Shown here piece after piece: positions 1 to 10,310 of a DNA stretch of 64,000 bases. Source of the DNA: an uncultured Fibrobacterota bacterium. GTDB taxonomy: Bacteria > Fibrobacterota > Chitinivibrionia > Chitinivibrionales > FEN-1185. The translations under genes were made by a program, and so were the position numbers. The notes under the pieces were generated by a model, which did not search any database, was not told the DNA's origin, and worked only from the letters and a program-made list of their open reading frames with translations. The stretch spans positions 64,001 through 128,000 of the forward strand of contig CAVWBU010000016.1 in assembly GCA_963753345.1 (NCBI GenBank), read 5' to 3'. The stretch's first letter is position 1. Each line of letters opens with the position of its first letter.

Positions 1-550
1 TGCCGTAACCCCGGTATTCCCCGAAGGGAAGGGCGTGGCGCACCGCGTTGAGCGCCGCCCCGAGTCCTAGTTCGAAACGGCGTGAGAAAGGGAACGCGCG
101 GCCGTAGGCGGCGTGAAACGCGAGGATCGACTCGGTTGAATACGTAAAGCGCGTCGGGTCCCACACCGGCGTGCCGTCGGAAGCCACGTCGAGGTTCTGC
201 GTTCCGGGTATTCCCGGATCGTAAAGGTAGCTCAGCGAAACGCCGAATCCCGATACGCGATCGATGACGCCGGCGTACGAGAGGATCGATGTGCTGAACG
301 TGTTCTGATAGTAGGATGCGTACGAGAGCGTGAGGTCGTTCGCGGAATCGAACGGGGCGGCGGCCGCATTCGACTCGCTTGCGCCGTCCCTTGTAAACAC
401 AATGTCCGACGCGCCCAAAGAAGCCCCCCGCGGAAGAACGAACATTTCCCGCGTATTGTCGGAATAGTAGTTCCAGTCGGCCCCTAAAACGGACGTGACC
501 CCAAGAATCATAACCATGATGAGGTTAAGCGCCAATCTGCTGTAATTCAT
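1..550 (-). CDS. PorV/PorQ-like outer membrane beta-barrel protein (partial, runs off the window start)
   Basis: Translated by hand from ATG at 550: MNYSRLALNLIMVMILGVTSVLGADWNYYSDNTREMFVLPRGASLGASD... Signal peptide, a PRGASLG motif like the PorV 'ARxxxMG', then amphipathic strands. Not in the ORF track because there is no stop in the window. Confidence 0.55.
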   Translation of the reverse strand, partial: MNYSRLALNLIMVMILGVTSVLGADWNYYSDNTREMFVLPRGASLGASDIVFTRDGASESNAAAAPFDSANDLTLSYASYYQNTFSTSILSYAGVIDRVSGFGVSLSYLYDPGIPGTQNLDVASDGTPVWDPTRFTYSTESILAFHAAYGRAFPFSRRFELGLGAALNAVRHALPFGEYRGYG

Positions 551-774
551 ATGATATTTACGGATAGACACTAACGATTATTTTCGTTTGCCAAAAGAAA
601 ACCTCGCGCAGGGACCGCGTTTTTTCGCGTTTCTTTGCGGATGAAAATAGTTTATTCGTCACGGGTTGTGGGCGCAGTAATTATGCGGAACGCCAAACGC
701 GCGGCGGAAAACAGCAGGCGGGAACCAAACTCCTTGAATTGAACGCTTTCACTCTTCTATATTCTATGCTCGAT

Positions 775-848
775 GGGCGTATGGCTCAGCTGGTTAAAGC
801 GCTGCGTTCACATCGCAGAGATCCCTGGTTCGAATCCAGGTGCGCCCA
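775..848 (+). tRNA. tRNA-Val (anticodon CAC)
   Basis: Acceptor stem GGGCGTA/TGCGCCC plus discriminator A; D arm GCTCAGCTGGTTAAAGC; anticodon arm CTGCG-TTCACAT-CGCAG; T arm CCTGG-TTCGAAT-CCAGG. CCA is not encoded. Confidence 0.96.
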
Positions 849-920
849 CGTTCGTTTTGTGCCGCCCGTTGCGGCCCGTCACGTGCCACCTCCTCGAATG
901 CAGACCGGCAACATCATACC

Positions 921-2363
921 ATGATACGCATTTTTTCCGCACTCGTCTGCATCCTCGCCGCCGGTTTTTTCCTGCACGTCAACTCCGCCGCCGATTCTTC
1001 GTGCATCACCATCGACTCGCCGCGCCAGGGCATGGTCATCACAACCCCCCTGTGCACCGTTGCGGTCACGGCCTGCGACCGGGTGAGCGCCATCAGCTTC
1101 GCCGCGCATTTCCTCGCCGCCGGCGGCGCGGGCGACACGTCCCTCTTTCTCGGGCGGATCACCCACCCTCCGTTCAAGCTCATCTGGAACACCGACGCCG
1201 TGCCCAACCAGCTTTACAAAGGAATGTCGTTTTCCGTAGACGCCGTTCTCCGGGGCGGCGAGCGGATTTCCCCTACGGTAAGCGGCGTGTTTCTCGCCAA
1301 CAAACCGGCCGTCACACCCCTCGCCACCATACCTTGGTCGTCAAGCGACGGATACCCGCTGTTCGCCAGGACCATGTCCGACGGCCGCGGTCCTCTCGGC
1401 ATCCACGTGTCCGCCTGGTGGAACCGCGACGGCATCCGGTTTATCGCACGGGCCGAGGCGCCTGCCGTTTTCAAGCCCGGCATGAAGGAGAAACTCGGCG
1501 ACGCAGGGATTGAAATCTGCATCGACCCGCGACTTTCGCGCAACCCCTTTCCCCCGCCGGATGCGTTTTCGCTGGTGTTTCCGCTGGCCGGGAAACCCTT
1601 TACAACACGCTATCGTCCCCTGCAGGGACCCCAAGGTTCCTTCGACATCGCAACAACCAAAGAACCGTGCGAATGTCCGTTCGAAATCACCATGGACAAC
1701 CGCAAGGGATTCACCGCCTCCGTCCTGGTCCCGGCATCGCTGTTCGGTTCGTATCTTCCCGATTCCTTCGGGTGCAACGTGATCGCCCGTCTGCCCGGCG
1801 ACAACGACCAGATCGTGCGGCTCTCCTGGATTGACGCGCCGTCATTCATGGCGTTCAGCCCGTTTGTGTGGGCATCCGTGGTACGACTCGAGGGGCCTTT
1901 ATACGGCGACATTCCCGTGCTCGGGCTTCTGTCCTTTGGCGCGGGGCTCGCTCTGGCGCTTGTGGTGGGGCTTGTGGTGCGGTTCATGCGGAGACGGTCG
2001 CTGTCCTTTGCCGAATTCGAGCAGTCGGAGGAAGAGAAGACCATGTCAGACCAGATCTACCAGGTGATTGACGAAACGGTGACAACCAGCGGCCTCACCC
2101 TTGCACAGGTTGCGGAAAAACTCGGCATGCCGCCCCGCAGGGTGGAGAAGCTCATTCGGAAACACAAGGGCAAAACGTTCAGGGAATTCATCCTGTTTCT
2201 TCGCACGGAGATCGCCAAGGAGCGCCTCCGCTCGTCACATTCGAATGCGCCCTCGATAGCCGAATCGTGCGGGTTCAAGAACGTTGCGGAGATGGAGAAA
2301 TGCTTCAAGAAATTCTGCCGGACCACGCCGGCCCGCTTCCGGAGGGAAAACCAGGTGACGTGA
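921..2363 (+). CDS. Membrane-spanning AraC-family regulator with N-terminal extracytoplasmic domains
   Basis: Signal peptide MIRIFSALVCILAAGFFL, Ig-like start (ITIDSPRQG...PPFKLIWNT), TM helix (VLGLLSFGAGLALALVVGLVV), C-terminal AraC HTH (IAESCGFKNVAEMEKCFKKFCRTTPARFR). Confidence 0.8.
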   Translation: MIRIFSALVCILAAGFFLHVNSAADSSCITIDSPRQGMVITTPLCTVAVTACDRVSAISFAAHFLAAGGAGDTSLFLGRITHPPFKLIWNTDAVPNQLYKGMSFSVDAVLRGGERISPTVSGVFLANKPAVTPLATIPWSSSDGYPLFARTMSDGRGPLGIHVSAWWNRDGIRFIARAEAPAVFKPGMKEKLGDAGIEICIDPRLSRNPFPPPDAFSLVFPLAGKPFTTRYRPLQGPQGSFDIATTKEPCECPFEITMDNRKGFTASVLVPASLFGSYLPDSFGCNVIARLPGDNDQIVRLSWIDAPSFMAFSPFVWASVVRLEGPLYGDIPVLGLLSFGAGLALALVVGLVVRFMRRRSLSFAEFEQSEEEKTMSDQIYQVIDETVTTSGLTLAQVAEKLGMPPRRVEKLIRKHKGKTFREFILFLRTEIAKERLRSSHSNAPSIAESCGFKNVAEMEKCFKKFCRTTPARFRRENQVT

Positions 2364-2375
2364 CGCCTGCGGCGC

Positions 2376-4472
2376 CTACTCGATGCGCTGTTTGCGGGAA
2401 ACGGGGCCTTTTTTCGAAGAGTAAAGGGCTTTCTGAATTTCGAGATCGAGCTGGTTTTTGTCGTACGGTTTTGTGATCCACTTCCAGATCTTGAGCTCCT
2501 CCACGGCCTTCTCTTCGGCCGGATACCCCGACACCACGATTACAATAAGCGCCGGTTTGATTCCGCGCAGCCGGCCGATAGCCTCGTGAGGATCGTCGGT
2601 GCCCAGCTTCCAGTCCATCACGACGACTTCGCATTCGTCAATATGCTTCTGCAGTTCGCGCGCCCCTTCGTCGAGCGTCGACGCCTCGCACACCGAATAC
2701 TTGAACTCTTTCATGAAGAACCTGAGGATGGCGCGTATCTTGGGATCGTCGTCGAGCAACAGCACCATGGTGGGCGTGCGGTTGAGCATCACCACGGTGG
2801 TGTCGTGGTCCACGGCGCCGCCTTCGCTTTCCGGTATTTCGATCCTGAACGTCGTGCCGTGGCTGTCGGTCTTCTCGACGGCTATCCGGCCGTTGTGGAG
2901 CGACACGATCCGCTGGACAAGCGCGAGCCCCAGACCGGTGCCCTTGCCGGGTTTCTTTGTTGTAAAGAACGGGTCGAACACCTTCTCGATGATGTCGTGC
3001 GGGATGCCGGTGCCGGTGTCGGCGACCCGGATGACGGCCGTGCCGAGTGTGCCGTCGGCGCCCTCGCGAAAGCATTCGACGGTGATGGTGCCGCCTTCGG
3101 GCATGGCGTCGCGCGAATTGCCGATAAGGTTCTGGAATATCCGTTTGAAGTAGCCGGCGTCCCCCTGGATCCACAGCGGTTCGTCGGGCACCTTGAGCGC
3201 GACCTCAAACTGCGCACCGAGCTGCGCGCCGTACAGGGGAATTATTTCCTCGAAAAATTTCTGCAGGTGTATCGACTGGTAGTCGAGGAGCTTTTTCTTG
3301 CCGAGCGCCAGCAGCTCGGAGATAAGGATTCTCGCTTCGACAAGCGTCTCCGAGACCACCTCCATTCGCGTCTTCGTTTCGGCCTCGTCCGTGTCCTTTT
3401 CCACCAGCTGCGTGATGTCGCCGATGGTCTGAAGGATGTTGTTGAAGTCGTGCGCCATGCCGCTTGCCAGCGTTCCCAGCGATTCCATCTTCTGGTACTG
3501 GTGGAGGCGGCTCACCATTTCTTCGCGCTGGGCAAGCGCGAGTTCGCGGTCGCTCACGTCGGCCATGATGCCCTCGTACACAATCCCCTTGTCGTCTTCC
3601 TCGCGCGGCTGAAGAACGCAGTCAACATACTTTGTCCGGCCGTTAAAGTCCTTTATCTGCATGGTGCTCTTGAACTCCGTCTTGTCAAGTTTGAGATTTT
3701 CCGGCTTCACGCAATAGTCGAAGATGCTCCTTCCGGGCACCACCTTGGCCGGCAGCCCGAGCAAGGCGTAGGCGGTGTTGTTTGCCCACAAAAACCGTCC
3801 CCGTTCGTCGACGGTGAAGAGCATTTCCGGAAGCCGGTGCACGAGGTTCTGGTACCGAAGCTCGGAAGTGATCACCTTGCTGATGGTGGTGAAGTTCTTG
3901 CGGGAAGTGATCCCCGCAACCGTTGCGACGGCAAGCAGAAGCGCAACGCGGACCGTCATGTCGGAAATCCATGAATCCTGCGGCATGGCCTTGTGGTAAA
4001 CCGCGAACACATAATAAGCGGCATAGCATGCGGCGGACAACATGCCGCTGAAGATGGAGAGGCTCAGCTTGTTGTGAAGAGCGGTGAATATGATCGCGAT
4101 GAAATACACGCCGAACAGGGAACTCCGGTACGCAAGCGACTGCATCCCCATGAACGAATACGCCCACAGCGACGCGGTCAGAACGGCAACGTCGAGGCCG
4201 ACCAGGATGAACGACGAGAACGTGCGCGCCCGCGCCGTGCTGTACCGGGTGAGGTAGAACCCGCTGTAGCCGAGCAGCACAAGCACGGCCGCCATCTGCA
4301 CCGTGAACGCCTTTACCGAAAGTTCGTCAATGGTGTAGCAGTACAAGGCAAGGAACGAGTAGCCCAGCGCTATGGCGAGCCGGATCCACGAACTCCATCG
4401 CTCGGACTCTATCTCCGCCATGAGAATCGTCTGGGTCTTGCCGAGAAAATTCTTCTGGGTTTCTATTGCCAT
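2376..4472 (-). CDS. Hybrid sensor histidine kinase (TM region, PAS, HisKA, HATPase, receiver)
   Basis: QKMESLGTLASGMAHDFNN H-box, NLIGNSRDAM N-box, DTGTGI and GTGLGL G-boxes, C-terminal LLLDDD receiver. Confidence 0.93.
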   Translation of the reverse strand: MAIETQKNFLGKTQTILMAEIESERWSSWIRLAIALGYSFLALYCYTIDELSVKAFTVQMAAVLVLLGYSGFYLTRYSTARARTFSSFILVGLDVAVLTASLWAYSFMGMQSLAYRSSLFGVYFIAIIFTALHNKLSLSIFSGMLSAACYAAYYVFAVYHKAMPQDSWISDMTVRVALLLAVATVAGITSRKNFTTISKVITSELRYQNLVHRLPEMLFTVDERGRFLWANNTAYALLGLPAKVVPGRSIFDYCVKPENLKLDKTEFKSTMQIKDFNGRTKYVDCVLQPREEDDKGIVYEGIMADVSDRELALAQREEMVSRLHQYQKMESLGTLASGMAHDFNNILQTIGDITQLVEKDTDEAETKTRMEVVSETLVEARILISELLALGKKKLLDYQSIHLQKFFEEIIPLYGAQLGAQFEVALKVPDEPLWIQGDAGYFKRIFQNLIGNSRDAMPEGGTITVECFREGADGTLGTAVIRVADTGTGIPHDIIEKVFDPFFTTKKPGKGTGLGLALVQRIVSLHNGRIAVEKTDSHGTTFRIEIPESEGGAVDHDTTVVMLNRTPTMVLLLDDDPKIRAILRFFMKEFKYSVCEASTLDEGARELQKHIDECEVVVMDWKLGTDDPHEAIGRLRGIKPALIVIVVSGYPAEEKAVEELKIWKWITKPYDKNQLDLEIQKALYSSKKGPVSRKQRIE

Positions 4473-4643
4473 GCGTCAACTCCACGGATGCGTGCCGGCA
4501 CGCAGGAGAGGTTTGTCCGAATCAAGTATATTCGGATCAGGCCGTTGTGTTACATTTTACTATCAGGAGACGGGGAATTCCACACTTTTTGCGGCAGCGC
4601 GGCCGACCGCTTTTGGTCCCCGGAACGCTTACCGCGGAACACT

Positions 4644-5966
4644 ATGTCCTTTCGTGCGCTCGTCATTAATCCGTGGGTCGTCGATTTCAAGCTGTACGAC
4701 GAATGGATGCATCCCGTCGGGCTGTATTTCCTCATCGCCCTGCTCAGGCGCGGCGGCGCCGATGTCCGGTATGTAAACTGCCTTGACCGCCCGGGGAACG
4801 CGGGCGCGCGGCCCAACGGCACGGGGAGTTTCCCCGCCCGCACCTTTCCGAAACCGGCGCTTTACAAAAATGTAAAGCGCCGCTACAAGCTGTACGGCAT
4901 TCCGGAAGACGAACTGACCTCACGGCTCGCCTCACTTGCGGCGCCCGACGCCGTGTTCGTGGGCAGTTCCATGACGTACTGGCTGCCGGGCCTTGCGGAG
5001 ACCGTCCGGTTGGTGAAGAGCGTGTATCCGCGGGCGCCGGTTGTTGTGGGCGGAACCTCGGCGCAGCTGATCCCCGCCGCGGTTCACAACGCCTGTCCCG
5101 GCGCTCACCTCTTTCGCGGCACGCTGTTCGATCGACCGGCTATAAGGGCATCCGGAATTCCCCTTTTGTCATCCCTTCCGGCGCTCACGCCCGCCGATTC
5201 TCTGGTTCCGGCTTTTGAACTCCTCGCGCATCCTTGCCACGGCCCGGCGCTCGCTTCCCTGGGCTGCCCGTATTCCTGTTCCTACTGCGCCTCCCCTCTT
5301 CTGCACCGTGGCTATGTTTCCCGGCCTGAAGCGGTTGTTACGGAAGAGCTTGCGTTTTTGCAGGAACGCTTCGGCGTGGAAAATTTCGCGTGGTACGACG
5401 ATGCGCTTTTGTACGACAGGGGCCGGCATTTTCTCGGCCTTTCTCACGCAATGGAACGAGCCGGCATCCACGCTTCATTTCACGCACCGAACGGCCTGCA
5501 CGTCCGGTGGATCACGCCCGAGGTGCTTGACGCAATGAAACACGCGGGTTTCCGGACCCTGCGGTTCGGCTACGAAAGCGGCGCCGCGGCGTTTCGCCGT
5601 GACACGGGCGGAAAAACCACCGCCAGTGATCTGGCCGCCGCGGTGCTGCTCGCACGCAGAGCGGGCTTTGCGGGAACCGACGTCGGCGTCTACCTCATGG
5701 CGGGACTTCCCGGCCAGACTCCCGCCGACGTCGCGTCCGAGATCAAATTCGTCGCGTCTCTTTCTGTGAAGGCAAAGCCGGTGTTCCTCTCCCCCGTGCC
5801 CGGCACGCCGCTGTTCGAGCGCCATGCCGCGACGTTTCCGATTCTGCGACAGACGCCGCTCTCCCAGAACGACACGTTCTTCATCACGCTGCTTCCGGGC
5901 TGGGACGCGGAATCGGTGCAGCGGATAATGGACTTGGCAAAGGCTGAAAACGCCGCGGTGGCCTGA
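4644..5966 (+). CDS. B12-binding domain radical SAM protein
   Basis: HPVGLYFL N-terminal motif, VVVGGTSA, GCPYSCSYC (CxxxCxxC), YDDALL, HAPNGLH. Start placed at ATG 4644. Confidence 0.85.
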   Translation: MSFRALVINPWVVDFKLYDEWMHPVGLYFLIALLRRGGADVRYVNCLDRPGNAGARPNGTGSFPARTFPKPALYKNVKRRYKLYGIPEDELTSRLASLAAPDAVFVGSSMTYWLPGLAETVRLVKSVYPRAPVVVGGTSAQLIPAAVHNACPGAHLFRGTLFDRPAIRASGIPLLSSLPALTPADSLVPAFELLAHPCHGPALASLGCPYSCSYCASPLLHRGYVSRPEAVVTEELAFLQERFGVENFAWYDDALLYDRGRHFLGLSHAMERAGIHASFHAPNGLHVRWITPEVLDAMKHAGFRTLRFGYESGAAAFRRDTGGKTTASDLAAAVLLARRAGFAGTDVGVYLMAGLPGQTPADVASEIKFVASLSVKAKPVFLSPVPGTPLFERHAATFPILRQTPLSQNDTFFITLLPGWDAESVQRIMDLAKAENAAVA

Positions 5967-6019
5967 CCGCGCGGCTGCGCAACGCCGGTTCGGGGATATC
6001 AATTATTTTGCGCGTACCC

Positions 6020-6775
6020 ATGGTCTGCAGAACACACCACCTTCTTATCGTGCTGCTTGCGCTTTCGGCGGCGGAAGGCACGGTGCGCCCGCCGGGCCGC
6101 CTCCCTGCCTTCGACTACGGATTCGTGGAATCTCTCGTGCACACCGGCGCGGCCAATCATGTGGAATTCCAGCAGCTGTCGGACACGCCCGTGGTGTACC
6201 GCGCCTGGGGCGTCTGGAACCTTGCGCATCCTGCAAAGGCGGTCGCCGCCGTGGCACTCGACTTCGGACGCTACGACCAGGTATTCCGCTATGTCTACCG
6301 GTGCGCCCGCATTGCCGACCCCCGAGGCCGGGTCCGCGGCGGCTTGGGTACCTGGTACGTGGAGGGAAGGGCCGCCATTGCGCGCGTGTGGAGCATCGGC
6401 GCCATCGACACCATTGCCTGGCCCGACTCCTCACATCTCCGGTTTTTTGCAAGCCAGAATGAAGACGATGCGCTCGAAATCAAATGGGCACGGCAGCTTC
6501 CGGGGTGGATCAACTACAGGACCCGCGGCGTGCGTCTCGCTGCGTTCATCGCCGCGGCAGGCCCCGATTCGTGCAGGGTCGGCATCATCGCTCAGGGATG
6601 GGTGTGGCAGGCCATGCCGCAATGGCTCATCAACCTTGCTTCCGGCATCATCCTGCCGCGGCTGCTTTCCGATCTTGACAAAGAGGTAGTCCGGCAGATA
6701 GACGGGAAGCCGGCCGCCGCACCGGCGTGGTATAAATCATGGTACCGCGCAGTGCGGAGATTTTTTATTTTCTAG
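6020..6775 (+). CDS. Secreted hypothetical protein, possible START/SRPBCC-like fold
   Basis: Signal peptide; AVAAVALDFGRYDQVFRYV and MPQWLINLA resemble START-domain segments. Confidence 0.5.
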   Translation: MVCRTHHLLIVLLALSAAEGTVRPPGRLPAFDYGFVESLVHTGAANHVEFQQLSDTPVVYRAWGVWNLAHPAKAVAAVALDFGRYDQVFRYVYRCARIADPRGRVRGGLGTWYVEGRAAIARVWSIGAIDTIAWPDSSHLRFFASQNEDDALEIKWARQLPGWINYRTRGVRLAAFIAAAGPDSCRVGIIAQGWVWQAMPQWLINLASGIILPRLLSDLDKEVVRQIDGKPAAAPAWYKSWYRAVRRFFIF

Positions 6776-7308
6776 CGGCGGTCCGGGCTGCGTACGGTCT
6801 TGACGTGCTGCGCCCTCACTTTTTCAAGAAATTCGAGAAACGCCGGCTCCCGATAATCCGGAAACGTCCAGGAAAAAAAACGGTACTTCCCCTTCCGGTA
6901 GTGGAGCGTGACCTCCGCGAAAATCCCCTGCGACAGGTACATGCGGTGATAGAAGTCCTTGGTGCTTGCGAGCACGAGTTTGTCGGCCGCCACGTACCCG
7001 GGGTCAAGGTTCACCGTGCGCCTGCCGGACACGGCGTATTGGCGCTCCAGTTCGTTGGTGAAAACTTTGATCCCGGCCAGTGCCTCACGGTCTATCGCGG
7101 TTTCAAACGTCAAGTACGATTTGACAAGCCCCTCGCCCATTTCTTCGCGGTAATAGTCGGTGAAGCCGAAGGGAACCGGACCATAGGAGAACTCGACGGG
7201 CCCGAACGACCTCACCAGCGCGGCGGTCACGTCGCCGCTGCCGGTCTCCGGCCTGCCGGTGACCGCAACAAGCAGTCTCACCTTGTTCGGGATTGTCGGC
7301 TCCCCCAC
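6772..7308 (-). CDS. DUF4416 family protein
   Basis: TDYYREEMG, RTVNLDPGY, LVLASTKDFYHRMYLSQGIFAEVTL and WTFPDY are typical of DUF4416. Confidence 0.85.
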   Translation of the reverse strand: MGEPTIPNKVRLLVAVTGRPETGSGDVTAALVRSFGPVEFSYGPVPFGFTDYYREEMGEGLVKSYLTFETAIDREALAGIKVFTNELERQYAVSGRRTVNLDPGYVAADKLVLASTKDFYHRMYLSQGIFAEVTLHYRKGKYRFFSWTFPDYREPAFLEFLEKVRAQHVKTVRSPDRR

Positions 7309-7449
7309 GATTTTCCCCTTATTCCGGCCGGTTCATGTCGGCGACACAGAGAATATATACGCCGGATTTCCAAAAAGGAAACCGATTTTGTTTTTTCCCG
7401 CTCTGTGCAAATACGATTTTATAACCGTGGAAAGCACGGAGGACGCCGT

Positions 7450-7791
7450 ATGCAGTTCATTCTGACCTCGCTGGAAAAAAACGGCTGCTTCATTTTTTAT
7501 CTGAGCGGCGACCTTGATTACGAAGGCGCCCACAGGCTCCGGGATGCATTCGTCGAGCGCCTCGGCCTCGGCAGGAAATGTTTCCTGCTCAACATGGAGG
7601 GCCTCAAGATCATCGCGAGCTACTCCTTGTCAACAATTCTCAAGATGTCGTATCTCGCAAAGAAGGCCGATGCGACCCTGGCGATCGTGTGCCCCGCGGG
7701 AAACGTGTGGGACGTGTTTTACGTTCTTGAAATCGGAAAAGTGATCCCGCTGTTTCCATCGGAAGATGCGTTCTGGGAAAACGCAACGTAG
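7450..7791 (+). CDS. STAS domain protein (anti-sigma factor antagonist-like)
   Basis: 113 aa with LSGDLDYEGA and LLNMEGLKIIASYSL; GGAGG RBS before ATG 7450. Confidence 0.8.
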   Translation: MQFILTSLEKNGCFIFYLSGDLDYEGAHRLRDAFVERLGLGRKCFLLNMEGLKIIASYSLSTILKMSYLAKKADATLAIVCPAGNVWDVFYVLEIGKVIPLFPSEDAFWENAT

Positions 7792-7825
7792 ACGCTTCTC
7801 CACGCCGGACCGCTCGGGTTTTGTC

Positions 7826-7854
7826 TTGACTTCATTTTGCTCTGGACGTACTTT
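7826..7854 (+). promoter_or_regulatory. Putative sigma70 promoter of the rnf operon
   Basis: TTGACT-17 nt-TACTTT upstream of rnfC. Confidence 0.45.
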
Positions 7855-7938
7855 AAATTTTTCTAAAATTTCCGCACCGCCTGCCGCGGCGCGGGGGCTC
7901 GCATTTTCTCTCACCTCAAGGATCAAAGGACAACCGTA

Positions 7939-9273
7939 TTGTTCCGGTCACTTGGGTTTCGCGGCGGAATCCACCCTCCACGAGACAAGAATTCCACGGC
8001 CGATTCTCCCATTGAAGTGATGCCGTTGCCCGAAAGGGCGATAGTCCCCGTGCTTCAGCACGCTGGACCTGCCGCACGCCTGGTGGTAAAACGCGGCGAC
8101 AAGGTCCGCGTCGGCCAGAGTATCGCCGAGCCTTCAGGGCCCGATTCGGCGGCGGTCCACTCGCCCGTCTCAGGCACCGTTGTCAATGTCGGTGATTTCC
8201 CGCACCCGCGGGGTGGCCGCGGGCTGGCAGTGGAAATAGAAAACGACGGCGCGGACCTGGCCGTGGAAATGTCCGGCATGTACAAGCCGTGGAAGGATGC
8301 AGACCCGCTGGAAATCGTGGAGAAGATACGCGCATGCGGGGTCGTGGGAATGGGCGGCGCCGGCGTTCCCGTGCAGGCGAAGCTCCTGTTGGGCACCGGA
8401 AAACCGACGGAGACCTTGATCGTCAATTGCACGGAATGTGAACCGCTCACCACGGCTGATTTGCGCCTTGCAAAGGAGCATGCCGGGGAAATCCTGACCG
8501 GCGCGCTCATCATCAGGAAAATGCTCGGCGCACAGCGCGCACTTGTCGCCGTGGATGGCGGCCCGGGGGGTGCAATGGCCTCGCTCGCGGCCGCCTGCAA
8601 AAAACCCGAGTTCCGGGACCTGACCCTCGCACCCGTGATGCCGAAATACCCGCAGAGCGAGGAAAAAATTCTGGTGAGAACATTGACAAGACGCGAAGTG
8701 CCTTCCGGCGGGAACTGTGCCGATGCCGGCTGCGTAGTCTTCAACGCAGCCACGGTGTTTGCCGTCGCTCGGGCGGTTCTGAGCGGCATTCCCCTCTACG
8801 AGCGCATTCTCACGGCGGGCGGACCCTGTGCAGCCGCTCCGAAAAACCTGCAGGTGCGCGTGGGCACGCCGGCAAGTGCCGTGCTTGCATACTGCGGAAC
8901 CGACATGAAACGGGCAAGGAAAGTGGTCATGGGCGGGCCCATGCGCGGCTTTGCCCTGGCCGAACTCGACGCGCCGGTCATCAAGACAACCTACGGCGTC
9001 TTCGCTTTCGAATCGCTGCCGCCCGCCGTGCAGCAATACAACTGCATCGGCTGCGGCCGTTGCATGCGTGCATGCCCCATGCGGCTGGTCCCGACCTATC
9101 TCCGGCGGTTTGTTGACAAAAACATGATTGACGAGGCCGCTCAATGGGGCATTGCAGACTGCATCGAATGCGGCTCCTGCGCCTATGTTTGCCCTTCAAA
9201 AATCAATCTGGTCCACTACATGATGCTGGGAAAACACCGTCTCGCGGCCGTCGCCAAAGGAGAAACGGCATGA
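7939..9273 (+). CDS. rnfC: Rnf electron transport complex subunit C
   Basis: FRGGIHPP, VHSPVSGTV, GMGGAG, ECEP, MGGPMRG, CIGCGRC...CP and CIECGSCAYVCPS. Confidence 0.93.
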   Translation: MFRSLGFRGGIHPPRDKNSTADSPIEVMPLPERAIVPVLQHAGPAARLVVKRGDKVRVGQSIAEPSGPDSAAVHSPVSGTVVNVGDFPHPRGGRGLAVEIENDGADLAVEMSGMYKPWKDADPLEIVEKIRACGVVGMGGAGVPVQAKLLLGTGKPTETLIVNCTECEPLTTADLRLAKEHAGEILTGALIIRKMLGAQRALVAVDGGPGGAMASLAAACKKPEFRDLTLAPVMPKYPQSEEKILVRTLTRREVPSGGNCADAGCVVFNAATVFAVARAVLSGIPLYERILTAGGPCAAAPKNLQVRVGTPASAVLAYCGTDMKRARKVVMGGPMRGFALAELDAPVIKTTYGVFAFESLPPAVQQYNCIGCGRCMRACPMRLVPTYLRRFVDKNMIDEAAQWGIADCIECGSCAYVCPSKINLVHYMMLGKHRLAAVAKGETA

Positions 9274-10310
9274 ACGTACCCGTTGGCGGTTCCTCACAGC
9301 CGCTCCTGCACGTCTCGGCACCGCCCCACATCCGGCAGAACGAGAGCGTGCCCACCATCATGCTGTCGGTGGTTATCGCGCTCGTTCCGGCGTTTGCGGC
9401 GTCGATTGTCTTTTTCGGCGTCCGCGCCCTTGCGCTTGTCCTCGTATGCGTCGCTTCAACCATTGGAACCGAGGCTGCTCTGTGCCGCCTTTTTCGCAGA
9501 CCTCTGTCCATAGGTGACCTGAGTGCCGTGGTGACCGGGCTTCTTCTTGCGTTCATGCTTCCGCCCGGACTGTCCTACTGGATGGCGGCGTCGGGCGGCG
9601 TCTTCGCCATCGCCGTTGTCAAAATGGCCTTCGGCGGGCTGGGCGGCAACCTGGTGAATCCCGCGGCAGCGGCGCGGGCGTTTCTGATGGTGTCGTTCCC
9701 TGCGGCAATGACCGCGTTCACTCCGCCGGTCAACGGCACGCTGTTCGGCTTGTCAAGGGCTCTTGACGGCGTGACTTCCGCAACCCCGCTCGTGTACTTC
9801 AAGAACGCCATGGCAACGGGCAATTTTCATCCTCTTGACCTTCAGGATGCCATCGGCAGCATGTTTCTCGGCAACACAGGCGGGTGCCTCGGCGCGACGT
9901 CCGGGCTTGCTATATTCATCGGCGCGATTTTTCTTTTGTACAGGGGCATAATCCGATTCAGGACCCCGATTTCGTTTATCGGCAGCATGCTCGTTTTGAA
10001 CTGGGTTTTCAACGGCACAGGCGACATCTTTTCCACGGAAGCGTTCATCATCCCGCTGTACCAGGTGCTTGGAGGAGGGGTGATGCTTGGCGCGTTTTTT
10101 CTCGCGGCCGACCCTGTGACCTCGCCCATGACCCCTATCGGACGGGTCCTGTTCGGAACCGGGTGCGGCATAATCACTTTCTTTATCAGAAAATTCGGCG
10201 GCTACCCGGACGGCGTGTGCTGGGCCATCCTTCTGATGAACTTCTGCGTGCCGCTTCTCGACCGCAACCTGAGGCCGCGGCGCTTCGGAGAAAGGAAACG
10301 ACGTGAATGA
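9270..10310 (+). CDS. rnfD: Rnf subunit D
   Basis: DLSAVVTGLLLA, FGGLGGNLVNPA, FMN-attachment motif DGVTSATPL, GAFFLAADPVTSP; ATGA overlap with rnfC. Confidence 0.93.
   Translation: MNVPVGGSSQPLLHVSAPPHIRQNESVPTIMLSVVIALVPAFAASIVFFGVRALALVLVCVASTIGTEAALCRLFRRPLSIGDLSAVVTGLLLAFMLPPGLSYWMAASGGVFAIAVVKMAFGGLGGNLVNPAAAARAFLMVSFPAAMTAFTPPVNGTLFGLSRALDGVTSATPLVYFKNAMATGNFHPLDLQDAIGSMFLGNTGGCLGATSGLAIFIGAIFLLYRGIIRFRTPISFIGSMLVLNWVFNGTGDIFSTEAFIIPLYQVLGGGVMLGAFFLAADPVTSPMTPIGRVLFGTGCGIITFFIRKFGGYPDGVCWAILLMNFCVPLLDRNLRPRRFGERKRRE

Noticed and set aside
775-920. Integrative element at tRNA-Val
   Set aside because: No integrase next to it, no duplicated tRNA 3' end noticed in the window, and the flanking genes are host-like.
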